This document shows, in pieces, positions 36,669-44,830 of a stretch of 64,000 nt of DNA. The DNA lies in the IMG/VR virus record IMGVR_UViG_3300010224_000005; one strand, given 5' to 3'. The stretch's first letter is position 1. Each line of letters opens with the position of its first letter. Origin of the DNA: a virus. Below the pieces are notes generated by a model. That model saw only the letters and a program-made list of their open reading frames with translations, had not been told where the DNA came from and searched no databases. Position numbers and translations under genes: made by a program.

Positions 36669-37145
36669 CTACCCCCTTGCTGTAGCCCCCCGGTCGGCAG
36701 CGTCGATCTCACGCTGGAGCTGGATCGCCTGGCCGATGTTGCCGTTGAGCATCTTGCGGATCTTGGGATCGGTGATCCCCCACGCGTCCATTGCTGCATC
36801 TGGGGTGAGTGCGGCAGAGGCTACCTCCTCCTTTGGGCCGCCTGAGCCCTTTTTGGGAGGAAGCAGCCCGGACTCGATGAGCAGCTCGTCGTGGTTGATA
36901 CCGAGAACTGATGCCCAGGCGGTGAGCTGGCCGGGCAATGGGAGGGTTTTGCCCTCCAGGGTCCGGCTGACCGTTGTGATGCTCACCCCGAGCCGCTGTG
37001 CCAGCTGGGCGCGTCCGCCCGCTCGCTGGCGGACGTCGAAGCCAGCGGTCGTGGCGCGCTCGGTGAGGTAAGCACCGACGCGCGCCGCGAGGACCTGGCG
37101 TTCCTCACGTGTCTTGCCGTGGGGGGGATCTTCCATGCTCCGCAT
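36669..37145 (-). CDS. CI-like repressor candidate (HTH)
   Basis: GRAQLAQRLGVSITTVSRTLEGK HTH. Divergent from the Cro-like gene across a repeat-rich 240-bp region. Confidence 0.65.
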   Translation of the reverse strand: MRSMEDPPHGKTREERQVLAARVGAYLTERATTAGFDVRQRAGGRAQLAQRLGVSITTVSRTLEGKTLPLPGQLTAWASVLGINHDELLIESGLLPPKKGSGGPKEEVASAALTPDAAMDAWGITDPKIRKMLNGNIGQAIQLQREIDAADRGATARG

Positions 37146-37384
37146 GTGGGGAGAGTAGCGCGCACGTAAGCAACTTACGCAGCACTTGCATGCGTGAGAG
37201 TTCGCAGGTCAGGGACCGTTTTTGTGTTTCCGCAGGCCGCGCGCTCTTGCTCGCTCGCGTGTACGCATCAAAAAAATCTGCGGCCACTTCAGCGATGCAA
37301 CTTGCGTGCGCGTGAGTTAGTCGCATAGGTTGCATGCGTGCGACCGAGTTGCACGCATGAGAGTTCCAAAGGGGGAACCCACCT
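37146..37384. promoter_or_regulatory. Divergent promoter/operator region of the immunity switch
   Basis: Inverted repeats CGTAAG-CAA-CTTACG (37165-37179) and CATGCGTGC..GCACGCATG (37333-37359). Direct repeats TTGCA(T/C)GC(G/A)TGAGAGTTC (37187 and 37349). A-tract at 37269-37277. Confidence 0.7.
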
Positions 37385-37660
37385 ATGCTCCGCCTCGACA
37401 TGGCCAAGGTCCGGAAAAGGGCCAGGTCAAAGGGTGCCGAGTCCATCCCGGACATCGCCGAGAAGAGCGGCGTCAGCGAGGCCACGCTCTACCGCCTGGC
37501 CTCCCGGGACATGGAGCCGAGCCTCACCACCGCATGGAGGCTCGCCGCCTTCCTCGGCGCCCGCATCGAGTCCATCGTCCACGAAGACCCGCAGGCCACG
37601 CGCCGCACCAGCGTGCCCCGCCCGCGGAAACCGGCCGCCGCCGGACGCCGCGCCACCTGA
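37385..37660 (+). CDS. Cro-like XRE-family HTH protein
   Basis: IPDIAEKSGVSEATLYRLASRDMEPSLTTAWRLAAFLG. First gene of the rightward early operon. Confidence 0.7.
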   Translation: MLRLDMAKVRKRARSKGAESIPDIAEKSGVSEATLYRLASRDMEPSLTTAWRLAAFLGARIESIVHEDPQATRRTSVPRPRKPAAAGRRAT

Positions 37661-37757
37661 CACAGCAGGGCTGCCCCGGGCCGGCGCATGGCCCCGAGCA
37701 GCCCCGTGCGACTTCACAGCCCACCACAGTTCATCCACTCATGAACGGGAGCAGGCC

Positions 37758-38351
37758 TTGATCACAGAGGCTAACGCCGCCCGGCCGGACTTCGACACGA
37801 GAGAGCCGGCCCTCATCACCCGAGCACAGCAAGGCGACCGCGACGCCTTCGGCGAGCTGTACGCCCTCCACCGCGACGCGATCTTCTCCTTCGTCCTGCA
37901 GCGCGTTCCCTACCGGCACACCGCCGAGGACCTCACCAGCGAGGTCTTCGCCCGCGCGTTCTGCAAGCTGCACACCTTCTCCTGGAACGCGAAGTCGATC
38001 CGGGCGTGGCTGTTCACCATCGCCCGCAACGCGGTCGCCGACCACTTCAAGAAGGCCTCCACCCGGCGCTCGACCGTCGTCGACGACATCTGGGGGATCT
38101 CCGACCTGTGGAGCGCGCCCGTGGAGGGCCCGGAAGACACGACCCTTTCCCAGCTCGAGGTGGAGCTCCTGCACCAGGCGCTCGCCCGGATGACGCCCCG
38201 ACAGCGCCGCGTGCTGGAGCTGCGCTTCCTGCAGGAGCGGACCGTGCCCGAGACCGCCGGCGCGCTGGGCATCAGCGAGGGCGCCGCCAAGACGCTCACC
38301 TTCCGGGCCATGCACTCCCTGCGCGAGGCGTACAAGGGGGTGGCCGCGTGA
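37758..38351 (+). CDS. ECF-type sigma-70 family sigma factor
   Basis: Region 2 (AFGELYALHRDAIFSFVLQRV..AEDLTSEVFARAF...WLFTIARNAVADHFKK) and region 4 (RQRRVLELRFLQERTVPETAGALGISEGAAKTLTFRAMHSLRE). A TTG start is assumed and the true start is uncertain. Confidence 0.8.
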   Translation: MITEANAARPDFDTREPALITRAQQGDRDAFGELYALHRDAIFSFVLQRVPYRHTAEDLTSEVFARAFCKLHTFSWNAKSIRAWLFTIARNAVADHFKKASTRRSTVVDDIWGISDLWSAPVEGPEDTTLSQLEVELLHQALARMTPRQRRVLELRFLQERTVPETAGALGISEGAAKTLTFRAMHSLREAYKGVAA

Positions 38352-39424
38352 CGACCACACCCGAGCCCCGCACCGGCGTGGAGGCCGAGCTCGCAGCCCA
38401 GCTCAAGGACTTCGCGCACACCTTCGTCGCCCAACTCGAAGCCCAGGGACGCCTGGTCGAGGCTGGAGGCGCCAGCGCCCTCGAGCAGCTGCGTACGCAG
38501 ATCGAGGCGCGCCGGGAACCGTCGGACTCCTTCCGGGCCGCCGTCGACGCCATCGCGGAGGACTGCAGCTACCCCCGGCCGGTCGCCGTGCGGATCGCCA
38601 CCGCCCTCCAGCGCAAAGGCATCCTCGCCCCCGACACGGCGCAGCCCGAGCCGCACCCCAGCCCGGCGCCGGCGCGCGGACGGTTCGCGGTGCCCGTACG
38701 CGGCATGTCCGTGTTCAGCCGCGGCCGGACCGCAACGGCCGCGGCCGCCCAGCCCGAGCCTGCGGTGCTGCCCGTGCAGCGGCTCGAGGATCAGACGCCC
38801 CAGATCCGTCCGGCTGCCGCCGTTGCGCCGGCCTCGCAGCCCACGCGTGGGAACGAATCCGAGTGGGACAAGAAGCGGGGCAACGCCGTAGCTCTTGCCG
38901 CGGACCTGCAGCACCGGCACCAGCACCGGCTCGAGGTCATGGCGATCACCCCGGACCACGAGCGCGTCAGTGTCGCCGTCAAGGCCACCAGCCTGAGCGA
39001 CTGGGAGTACTGGCTGCAGGCGATCGGCGCACCCGGCAACGTGCCGACGCGCACCGCCGGCTACGCCCAGGTCGCCGCCGGGCGCGTCAGGGGCGTCGAC
39101 GTCCACCTCACCGCCCACGACGTCCCCCGCCTCCTGCACGAGGCAGCCAAGGCCGCCGTCGACCCCTTCTACCTGTGGGGCCGCATCTACGACCTCGGAG
39201 CCGCGCACGTCGACTCCCACCATCAGGTCTGGCTCTTCCTCGGCCAGCGCCTCGGCGACGGCATGCCCCTCCTCACCCTGCGCGGCTCGAACAAGCCCCC
39301 CTACCCGCTGGCCTCGGTCGTGATGAACTTCGGGCCGCTGTCCGCCGTCGACCCCACCCTCGTTCCCGCCGCGGCCGTAGCCCCCGCGCCGGCCTCCGAG
39401 GACGACGGGGGTGAGGAGCGGTGA
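38348..39424 (+). CDS. Hypothetical protein translationally coupled to the sigma factor gene
   Basis: GTGA overlap. No recognisable anti-sigma motif. Confidence 0.55.
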   Translation: MTTTPEPRTGVEAELAAQLKDFAHTFVAQLEAQGRLVEAGGASALEQLRTQIEARREPSDSFRAAVDAIAEDCSYPRPVAVRIATALQRKGILAPDTAQPEPHPSPAPARGRFAVPVRGMSVFSRGRTATAAAAQPEPAVLPVQRLEDQTPQIRPAAAVAPASQPTRGNESEWDKKRGNAVALAADLQHRHQHRLEVMAITPDHERVSVAVKATSLSDWEYWLQAIGAPGNVPTRTAGYAQVAAGRVRGVDVHLTAHDVPRLLHEAAKAAVDPFYLWGRIYDLGAAHVDSHHQVWLFLGQRLGDGMPLLTLRGSNKPPYPLASVVMNFGPLSAVDPTLVPAAAVAPAPASEDDGGEER

Positions 39425-40032
39425 ACATCGTCCGCGACCTGTACCTCGGCTGGAGCGATCTCGCCCACGGCCAGGACTGCCCGCTGCCCGTCTGGGAAGC
39501 CCAGCTCGGCACCGACCAAGGGCTCCGCGGACGCCTCCTCGCCCGGGAAGAGCCCCACTCCTGCCCGGTCGAGGACTGCGACCACGACAGCGTCTTCCGC
39601 CGCTTCACGATCCGGCTGGTATGCCGCTCCTGCACCGAGATCCACATCATCTACGGCGAGGACATCGGCATCTCCCGCACCACCACCACGGCCTACGGCT
39701 ACGGGCAGCAGCCCCGCCAGATCGACGGACTGTGGCTGTGGCCCGGTGAGCAGACGCTGCCCGCCCGCGACGAAGAGCCCCGCGAATACCTGATCACCCG
39801 CACCCCGAAGATCCCCACGCAGGCGTCGGACGTCGCCGGGACCATCTGCCGCTACCGCACCGCCGGCTACCACAAGCGCTGGCAGGCCAGCGCCATCGCC
39901 GACCCCGCCGGCCCCTACGGCGACGACCAACTGCGCTGGGCCCGCCGACAGGGCGAGCTGCGCAGCGTGGACAAGGCCGCCGCGTGGATCGCCGCCCAGT
40001 ACCAGCCCCAGACCGTGGAGGTGCACGTATGA
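39421..40032 (+). CDS. Hypothetical protein
   Basis: ORF track, GTGA overlap. Confidence 0.55.
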   Translation: MNIVRDLYLGWSDLAHGQDCPLPVWEAQLGTDQGLRGRLLAREEPHSCPVEDCDHDSVFRRFTIRLVCRSCTEIHIIYGEDIGISRTTTTAYGYGQQPRQIDGLWLWPGEQTLPARDEEPREYLITRTPKIPTQASDVAGTICRYRTAGYHKRWQASAIADPAGPYGDDQLRWARRQGELRSVDKAAAWIAAQYQPQTVEVHV

Positions 40033-40412
40033 GCCTCATCGACATCGCCCTCAAGGCCCACGCCGAGCAGGAAGCCGACGCCCCGCAGCGGGTCGCCGCC
40101 ATGCTCGAGGAGGCCCGGGCCGAGTTCCTCGCGATGGTCCGCGCAAGCGTCCGGCTGACGCTGGGCGCCGAGTTCGACGCGCTCCAGTGGCAGTACACGA
40201 CGGGACCGGAACTGCCGGAGGAGATCGAGCAGGCCACCGCCCAACTCGAGCAGGGGCGACCGGAGTACCTGCGCTACCGCATCAACCACGGCAAGGAGAC
40301 CATCGCCCTCGAGCTCGTGCAGCCGTGCACCGCGTGCGGCCACGACCGCATCACCGCGGTTAGCAGCGCGGCCGACCTGGGCCGGCTCCTCGCCGAAGGC
40401 GGCAACAGCTGA
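40029..40412 (+). CDS. Hypothetical protein
   Basis: ATGA overlap. In frame with ORF 39984..40412. Confidence 0.55.
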   Translation: MSLIDIALKAHAEQEADAPQRVAAMLEEARAEFLAMVRASVRLTLGAEFDALQWQYTTGPELPEEIEQATAQLEQGRPEYLRYRINHGKETIALELVQPCTACGHDRITAVSSAADLGRLLAEGGNS

Positions 40413-40699
40413 TGCGGCCGCGACTGCCGGAAACGAGCCCGGGCCAGATCAAGGCCAGGCTCGCCTGGAATGCGGGCCTGACCGGAACGGGACGCAAGCC
40501 GGCCGGCGCCCCTGTCGTCGACACCTGCACCGTCGACCTGTGCGGCACGCCGGCCAGCGGCCGGCGGCCGCCGCAGCCCGGCATGGTCCAGGTGCGCGGT
40601 GCCGCCGACGGCGCGGCCGCCCACTGGTACTGCGAAGGGCGCTGCGCGGCGATCGCCCGCGCCCACGCCGACCTGCGCACAGCGGGAGGGGCACGATGA
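40412..40699 (+). CDS. Hypothetical protein
   Basis: TGATG overlap. ORF track. Confidence 0.45.
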   Translation: MRPRLPETSPGQIKARLAWNAGLTGTGRKPAGAPVVDTCTVDLCGTPASGRRPPQPGMVQVRGAADGAAAHWYCEGRCAAIARAHADLRTAGGAR

Positions 40700-41088
40700 C
40701 GACGTTTCCCGCGCGCACGCTGACGCAGGAAGAGCTGTGGGCCGAGGCGAGGGAGCGCTTCGGGGAGAACTCCCGCGACTGGGCCTTCCAGTGCCCGGGC
40801 TGCCTCGACATCGCCACCGGTACCGAGTTCCTCCAGGCTCTCAACGAGCACCCCCGCGAGCACCCGCGCGGACACGGCCGAGAGGGGCGGCGCGTCGACT
40901 GGTCGGACGTCCTGGGGCAGGAGTGCATCGGCCGGATCCTCGGTAAGGGCGCTGGGCGGGGCTGCCAGTACGCCGCTTTCGGCTTCATCCACGGGCCCTG
41001 GCAGGTCGCCATCCCGCACGCGCGCAAGCCGGTGTACTCCTTCCCCCTGGCGCCGGCTCGGACGCCCGACGGCGGTGACGGCTCATGA
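40696..41088 (+). CDS. Hypothetical protein (CPGC motif)
   Basis: ATGA overlap. In frame with ORF 40540..41088. Confidence 0.5.
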   Translation: MTTFPARTLTQEELWAEARERFGENSRDWAFQCPGCLDIATGTEFLQALNEHPREHPRGHGREGRRVDWSDVLGQECIGRILGKGAGRGCQYAAFGFIHGPWQVAIPHARKPVYSFPLAPARTPDGGDGS

Positions 41089-41396
41089 CGTGGCTCCTCA
41101 CGGTCCTCGTGCTTGTGTCGCTCGTCGGCGGCATCGCGGTCCTGGTCGGCCGCGCCTTGTACCGGCTCGGCTTCCAAGACGCAGGCGCCCACGACCATGA
41201 CGACTTCGCCGACCAGGACGACGACCCGTCCGAAGAGGAGCAGCGGGCCATCGCCGCGGCCATCCGCCGGCATCCCGCCTCCCGCGCGCCGGTCGCGCCG
41301 CTGCTGGGTGATCCGTCGTGCACGCCCCGGTTTGTACCGGTGTACCTGCCGGGCCCCCGCACGTCGTGGGAGACGGAGGGTGAGCCGCCGTGCTGA
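41085..41396 (+). CDS. Small membrane protein with an acidic segment
   Basis: N-terminal TM LLTVLVLVSLVGGIAVLVG followed by DHDDFADQDDDPSEEE. Confidence 0.5.
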   Translation: MTWLLTVLVLVSLVGGIAVLVGRALYRLGFQDAGAHDHDDFADQDDDPSEEEQRAIAAAIRRHPASRAPVAPLLGDPSCTPRFVPVYLPGPRTSWETEGEPPC

Positions 41397-41695
41397 GCCT
41401 GTTGGAGAAGTTCACGCGGGACACCGTCGTTCTCGACGGCGGCCACATGGTGTGGACCGGTGAGCGGACGCAGGACCTCGCTCCGGTCCTCTCCCACCGC
41501 GGCCGGAAGCTGTCCGTGCGCAAGGTCGCCTACGGCCTTGAGCACGGACGGCCTCCGGCCGGGAACAGCAAGTCCGGCTGTGAGTACGGCTGGTGTGTCG
41601 CGCCCTCCCACCAGGCCGACGCCGTCGACCGCGACAGGGAGCGGAGCGTCGCGGGCCAACTCGACGATGCTGCCGCACTGTTGGGGGCGAACTGA
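41390..41695 (+). CDS. HNH-family-like small protein (degenerate)
   Basis: MVWTGERT...RKVAYGLEHGRPPAG...CEYGWCVAPSH resembles the W.G..aHR.ay...G..p...C....C..P.H layout. Confidence 0.4.
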   Translation: MLSLLEKFTRDTVVLDGGHMVWTGERTQDLAPVLSHRGRKLSVRKVAYGLEHGRPPAGNSKSGCEYGWCVAPSHQADAVDRDRERSVAGQLDDAAALLGAN

Positions 41696-42010
41696 ATGCC
41701 GACCAACGAATGGGCGCATGAGGCGGGCGTACGGGCCTGGACGCTGGAAGCCGCCTGCGGCAAGGGCGTTGGCCCGACCTCGGACGAGTTCCACTCCACG
41801 TCGAAGAAGACGGCAGAGGCCGCGGCCCGGTTCTGCATCGCCTACTGCACGGTGCGGGATGAGTGCCTCGAGGACGCGCTGCGTCGCGAGGAACAAACAG
41901 GCAGCCGGTGGGGCGTGTGGGGCGGCTACACCGCCACGGGGCGCCGCAAGCTCGCCGCGGAGCGCCAACGTGCGGCTGTGGCCCCTGTGATCGCCGGGAG
42001 CGTGTCGTGA
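41696..42010 (+). CDS. WhiB-family (Wbl) iron-sulfur transcription factor
   Basis: Four Cys (C..x..FCIAYCTVRDEC) plus the GVWGG turn and a basic C-terminus. Confidence 0.85.
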   Translation: MPTNEWAHEAGVRAWTLEAACGKGVGPTSDEFHSTSKKTAEAAARFCIAYCTVRDECLEDALRREEQTGSRWGVWGGYTATGRRKLAAERQRAAVAPVIAGSVS

Positions 42011-42318
42011 GCGCGCTCGAGCGCGACGACCCGGAGCCGCCGGTATGCGGGCACTGGATCGGCGCCGAACGCCGCTACTGCCGCGCCATCGAGATGGTGC
42101 GGCAGTACCTGCCCGGGCTGCGCTGCCCCTTACACACGCCCGCGGCGCTGGCCGGGAAACCGGAGCCGGACGCTGGGCCCGACATACCGGCCGGCGCTTG
42201 GACGACGTCGTTCCCGCAGTCCGCGTCCGTGGTCTTCGGCGAGGCCGCCGTCCGGTCCGGCGAACGCCGCGCCGTGCCTGACGTCTACCGCGCCGCCGAT
42301 CGGCCCCAACGCGAGTAG
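42007..42318 (+). CDS. Hypothetical protein
   Basis: GTGA overlap. In frame with ORF 41863..42318. Confidence 0.45.
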   Translation: MSALERDDPEPPVCGHWIGAERRYCRAIEMVRQYLPGLRCPLHTPAALAGKPEPDAGPDIPAGAWTTSFPQSASVVFGEAAVRSGERRAVPDVYRAADRPQRE

Positions 42319-42390
42319 CAGCTGTCCTATCAGTCCCCCTCGGTAGATCGGAGCCACCGTGCCCCACGCAGCCACCAGGAGTGCACTCTC

Positions 42391-43416
42391 GTGACCGTCA
42401 GCGAGCCGGTGCAGGTCCCCAGGACGGCGTGGATGAACGCTTTGCGGGACGAAGCACTGCGGATGAACCGCCCTGAGATCTCGCGCGTCGTGCACGTCGG
42501 CTGGGTCATCGCCTCCTTCACCGACGACGACGGCACCAACGCCGACCCGAAGACCGAGACCATCGCGGCCATCGTCGGCTGCAGCGACGAAACCGTGGCC
42601 CGGGCCAAGAAGGTCCTCAAAGCCCTCGGCGTCCTCGCCGAGAAACGGCGCCCGAACGCCAACTCCGCATACCGGCTGCAGTTCACGAACCTCGGCGATC
42701 TCGACTGGGACGCCCACATGCACCTGTACACGGACACACCACAGGCCCGGCGCAAGAAGCGCATCAAGGAGCAGGAGATCGCCGAGCACGTGGCGAAGCG
42801 GGAGGAGGAGCTCACCGGGCGCCGGACCCCGTCGCGCAACGGGGTCCGGAACCCGTTCCCGCCGGGGGTTCCCGACGGCGAGGAGGGGTCCGGAACCCGT
42901 TCCGCAACGGGTTCCGGACCCCGTGCGGAACGCGGCCCCGACCCCGTCTCGGACAGGGAGGAGACGGCGGGGCCGGCGCTCGCGCCCGTGCCCGCACCCG
43001 CCGGCCGCCCACGGCGGCCGGCGGGTGCGGCCGCAGCGTCGACTCAGCCGCCCCTGCTGCTTGCCGTCCCCGGCCAGGACCCGCTCACCACCGGCACCAT
43101 CCGCCCCACACCACCTGGCAGCCCGCACAGCCGGCACGGCCCCACCGAACTGAGCGTGCCCTGCGGCTACTGCGAGGCCCCCGCCGGAGCACGGTGCCGC
43201 AACACCGTCGGGCTCCGCGGAACCGCCCACCAGGCTCGCCTGGAGGCATGGACGCTCGCCCACACCGGCTGCCCCGACTGCCGGGCCCCCGCCGACAACC
43301 CCTGCACCGGCCCGGACGGCATCCCGCACACCGGCATCCACCCGGCCCGCGCCGAGCTCGGCGCCCGGATGCGGGCGACGGCCGCCCAGCAGCAGGACCG
43401 CCACACCGGAACCTGA
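42391..43416 (+). CDS. HTH (winged-helix) replication-initiator-like protein with two C-terminal Zn-finger repeats and an internal iteron array
   Basis: N-terminal TETIAAIVGCSDETVARAKKVLKALGVLAE HTH. C-terminal CGYCEAPAGARC...HQAR and CPDCRAPADNPC...HPAR. The DNA at 42821-42948 carries iterons. Confidence 0.6.
   Translation: MTVSEPVQVPRTAWMNALRDEALRMNRPEISRVVHVGWVIASFTDDDGTNADPKTETIAAIVGCSDETVARAKKVLKALGVLAEKRRPNANSAYRLQFTNLGDLDWDAHMHLYTDTPQARRKKRIKEQEIAEHVAKREEELTGRRTPSRNGVRNPFPPGVPDGEEGSGTRSATGSGPRAERGPDPVSDREETAGPALAPVPAPAGRPRRPAGAAAASTQPPLLLAVPGQDPLTTGTIRPTPPGSPHSRHGPTELSVPCGYCEAPAGARCRNTVGLRGTAHQARLEAWTLAHTGCPDCRAPADNPCTGPDGIPHTGIHPARAELGARMRATAAQQQDRHTGT
42821..42948. repeat. Iteron-like repeat array B, inside the linker-coding part of 42391..43416
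   Basis: Same unit family as array A, e.g. GCAACGGGGTCCGGAACCCGTTCCCGCCGGGGGTTCC is shared almost verbatim with 26543-26560 and 26508-26530. Units are spaced 21-23 bp. Confidence 0.8.
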
Positions 43417-43436
43417 CCCATAGGGGGACCTCTCAC

Positions 43437-43748
43437 ATGACTTCCCGCGCTGAACGCCGGCATCCCGAACTCGAGCAGCGCTGCGCCTGGTGCCACGCCG
43501 CACCCGGCAGCGCCTGCACCAACCGCCACAACAACCCGCGCACGACCCCCCACCCCAGCCGCAAGGACGCCTGGATCCTGGCCCACTTCGACTGCCCCAC
43601 CTGCGGGGCCCCGGCCGGTACGGCGTGCACGGTCGCCGAGGGCGGGGCGATGCCCGGCGTTCACACGGAGCGCGCGCAGGCCGCGGCCGCCGCGTATGAG
43701 GAGGCCCTCGAGGAGTCGTCGCGGGATGTGAAGGGACGGCCCCGGTGA
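43437..43748 (+). CDS. Zn-finger protein, paralogous to the C-terminus of 42391..43416
   Basis: CAWCHAAPGSAC...HPSR and CPTCGAPAGTAC...HTER repeats. Confidence 0.6.
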   Translation: MTSRAERRHPELEQRCAWCHAAPGSACTNRHNNPRTTPHPSRKDAWILAHFDCPTCGAPAGTACTVAEGGAMPGVHTERAQAAAAAYEEALEESSRDVKGRPR

Positions 43749-44077
43749 ACGGCCCCGGCTACTGCCCCGACTGCCACCGGCCGGTCCTGTTCACGCGCAC
43801 CGAGCCCGGCGCCACCACGGCGGGCGGCAAGCGCCTGGCCGTCGACCGCCAGCCGAACGCGGACGGCAACACCGCTGTACGCCGCGACGGCCTCGGCCGG
43901 TACGTCTCCCGCCGCGTCACCGAGCAGCAGCCGCTGCGCGGCTACGAGCGCCTCCACATGCCCCACCCCGCCACCTGCCCCAGGCAGCAGACCCAGCCCG
44001 CGCTGCCCCTGCAGCTGCCGCCCAACGTCGTCCGTCTCGACCGAGCCCGCCGCACGCGCCCGCCCGGGCGCGGCTGA
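43745..44077 (+). CDS. Hypothetical protein with N-terminal CPDC Zn-ribbon-like motif
   Basis: GTGA overlap. ORF track. Confidence 0.5.
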   Translation: MNGPGYCPDCHRPVLFTRTEPGATTAGGKRLAVDRQPNADGNTAVRRDGLGRYVSRRVTEQQPLRGYERLHMPHPATCPRQQTQPALPLQLPPNVVRLDRARRTRPPGRG

Positions 44078-44093
44078 CTGAAAGGCACACGAG

Positions 44094-44357
44094 ATGCTTG
44101 GCCTCACCACCACCAGACACCTCCGCGCCGTCCAGGCCGGCCTCGAGCAGCAGCTCACCCAGGCATGCCTGTCCGCGGAACTCGAGCGCTGCCGCGCCGA
44201 CCGGGCCCGGGCCCGCGAGCGCAAGAACCTCCGCGGCCGCCTCGACCGCGCCCTTACCGCCCTGGCCGCCACCCGCGGGGAACTGACCACCACACGAGGT
44301 GCCCTGCGCCGGGTCAGCGAGCAGCTCCTCGACCAGCGCCAGGCAGCCCGCTCATGA
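44094..44357 (+). CDS. Small coiled-coil protein
   Basis: ORF track. Heptad-like R/L/E-rich sequence. Confidence 0.45.
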   Translation: MLGLTTTRHLRAVQAGLEQQLTQACLSAELERCRADRARARERKNLRGRLDRALTALAATRGELTTTRGALRRVSEQLLDQRQAARS

Positions 44358-44830
44358 CACCTACCAGCCACGAACGCGCCCGCATGGCGGTCCTGGTGCG
44401 GGGCGACATCGCCGCCCACATCCGCGCCGACCGCCCCACCCGCGACATCATGCGTCTCCTCGGCGTCCCACGCGCCGCCGTTGAAGCCGTAGCCAACCAG
44501 CTCGGCCGCCCAGCGAGCACGCGGCGCGGATTCCGCCCCAGCAGCCTTGAAGACGCCTTCTGGGGCCAGGTACGCCACCTTCCCGACGGGCACTTGCTGT
44601 GGCTCGGCGACCACGACCCGCACGGCGCACCCGTCCTGTGGTGCACCCCGTTCGTGTACAGCGCGCGCCGCGTCTCCTACGAGCTCCGCCACGGCCGTCA
44701 CCCCGACGGCCCCCTCACCCAGACCTGTGGCCACGACCAGTGCGTCGAAGCCGATCACCTCGCAGACCCGGCCGGCCGCCAGTACCTCGCCACCGTCGTG
44801 ACCACCCTGTTCGGAGAACCCACCCGATGA
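44354..44830 (+). CDS. HTH plus HNH-family-like protein (degenerate)
   Basis: HLLWLGDHD..YSARRVSYELRHGRHPDGPLTQTCGHDQCVEADHL. ATGA overlap. Confidence 0.45.
   Translation: MTPTSHERARMAVLVRGDIAAHIRADRPTRDIMRLLGVPRAAVEAVANQLGRPASTRRGFRPSSLEDAFWGQVRHLPDGHLLWLGDHDPHGAPVLWCTPFVYSARRVSYELRHGRHPDGPLTQTCGHDQCVEADHLADPAGRQYLATVVTTLFGEPTR

Noticed and set aside
38340-38352. Apparent extra G in the poly-G run at the sigma gene stop, which seemed to break the frame of two ORFs
   Set aside because: The ORF track is internally consistent (stop at 38349-38351 and continuous ORF 38006..39424). The discrepancy came from my manual counting at a line boundary. This is recorded as a caution that hand-derived coordinates may be off by 1 nt.
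38348-39424. Anti-sigma factor assignment for the gene coupled to the sigma factor
   Set aside because: There is no HxxxCxxC ZAS motif, no TM segment and no recognisable anti-sigma domain. It is kept as hypothetical.
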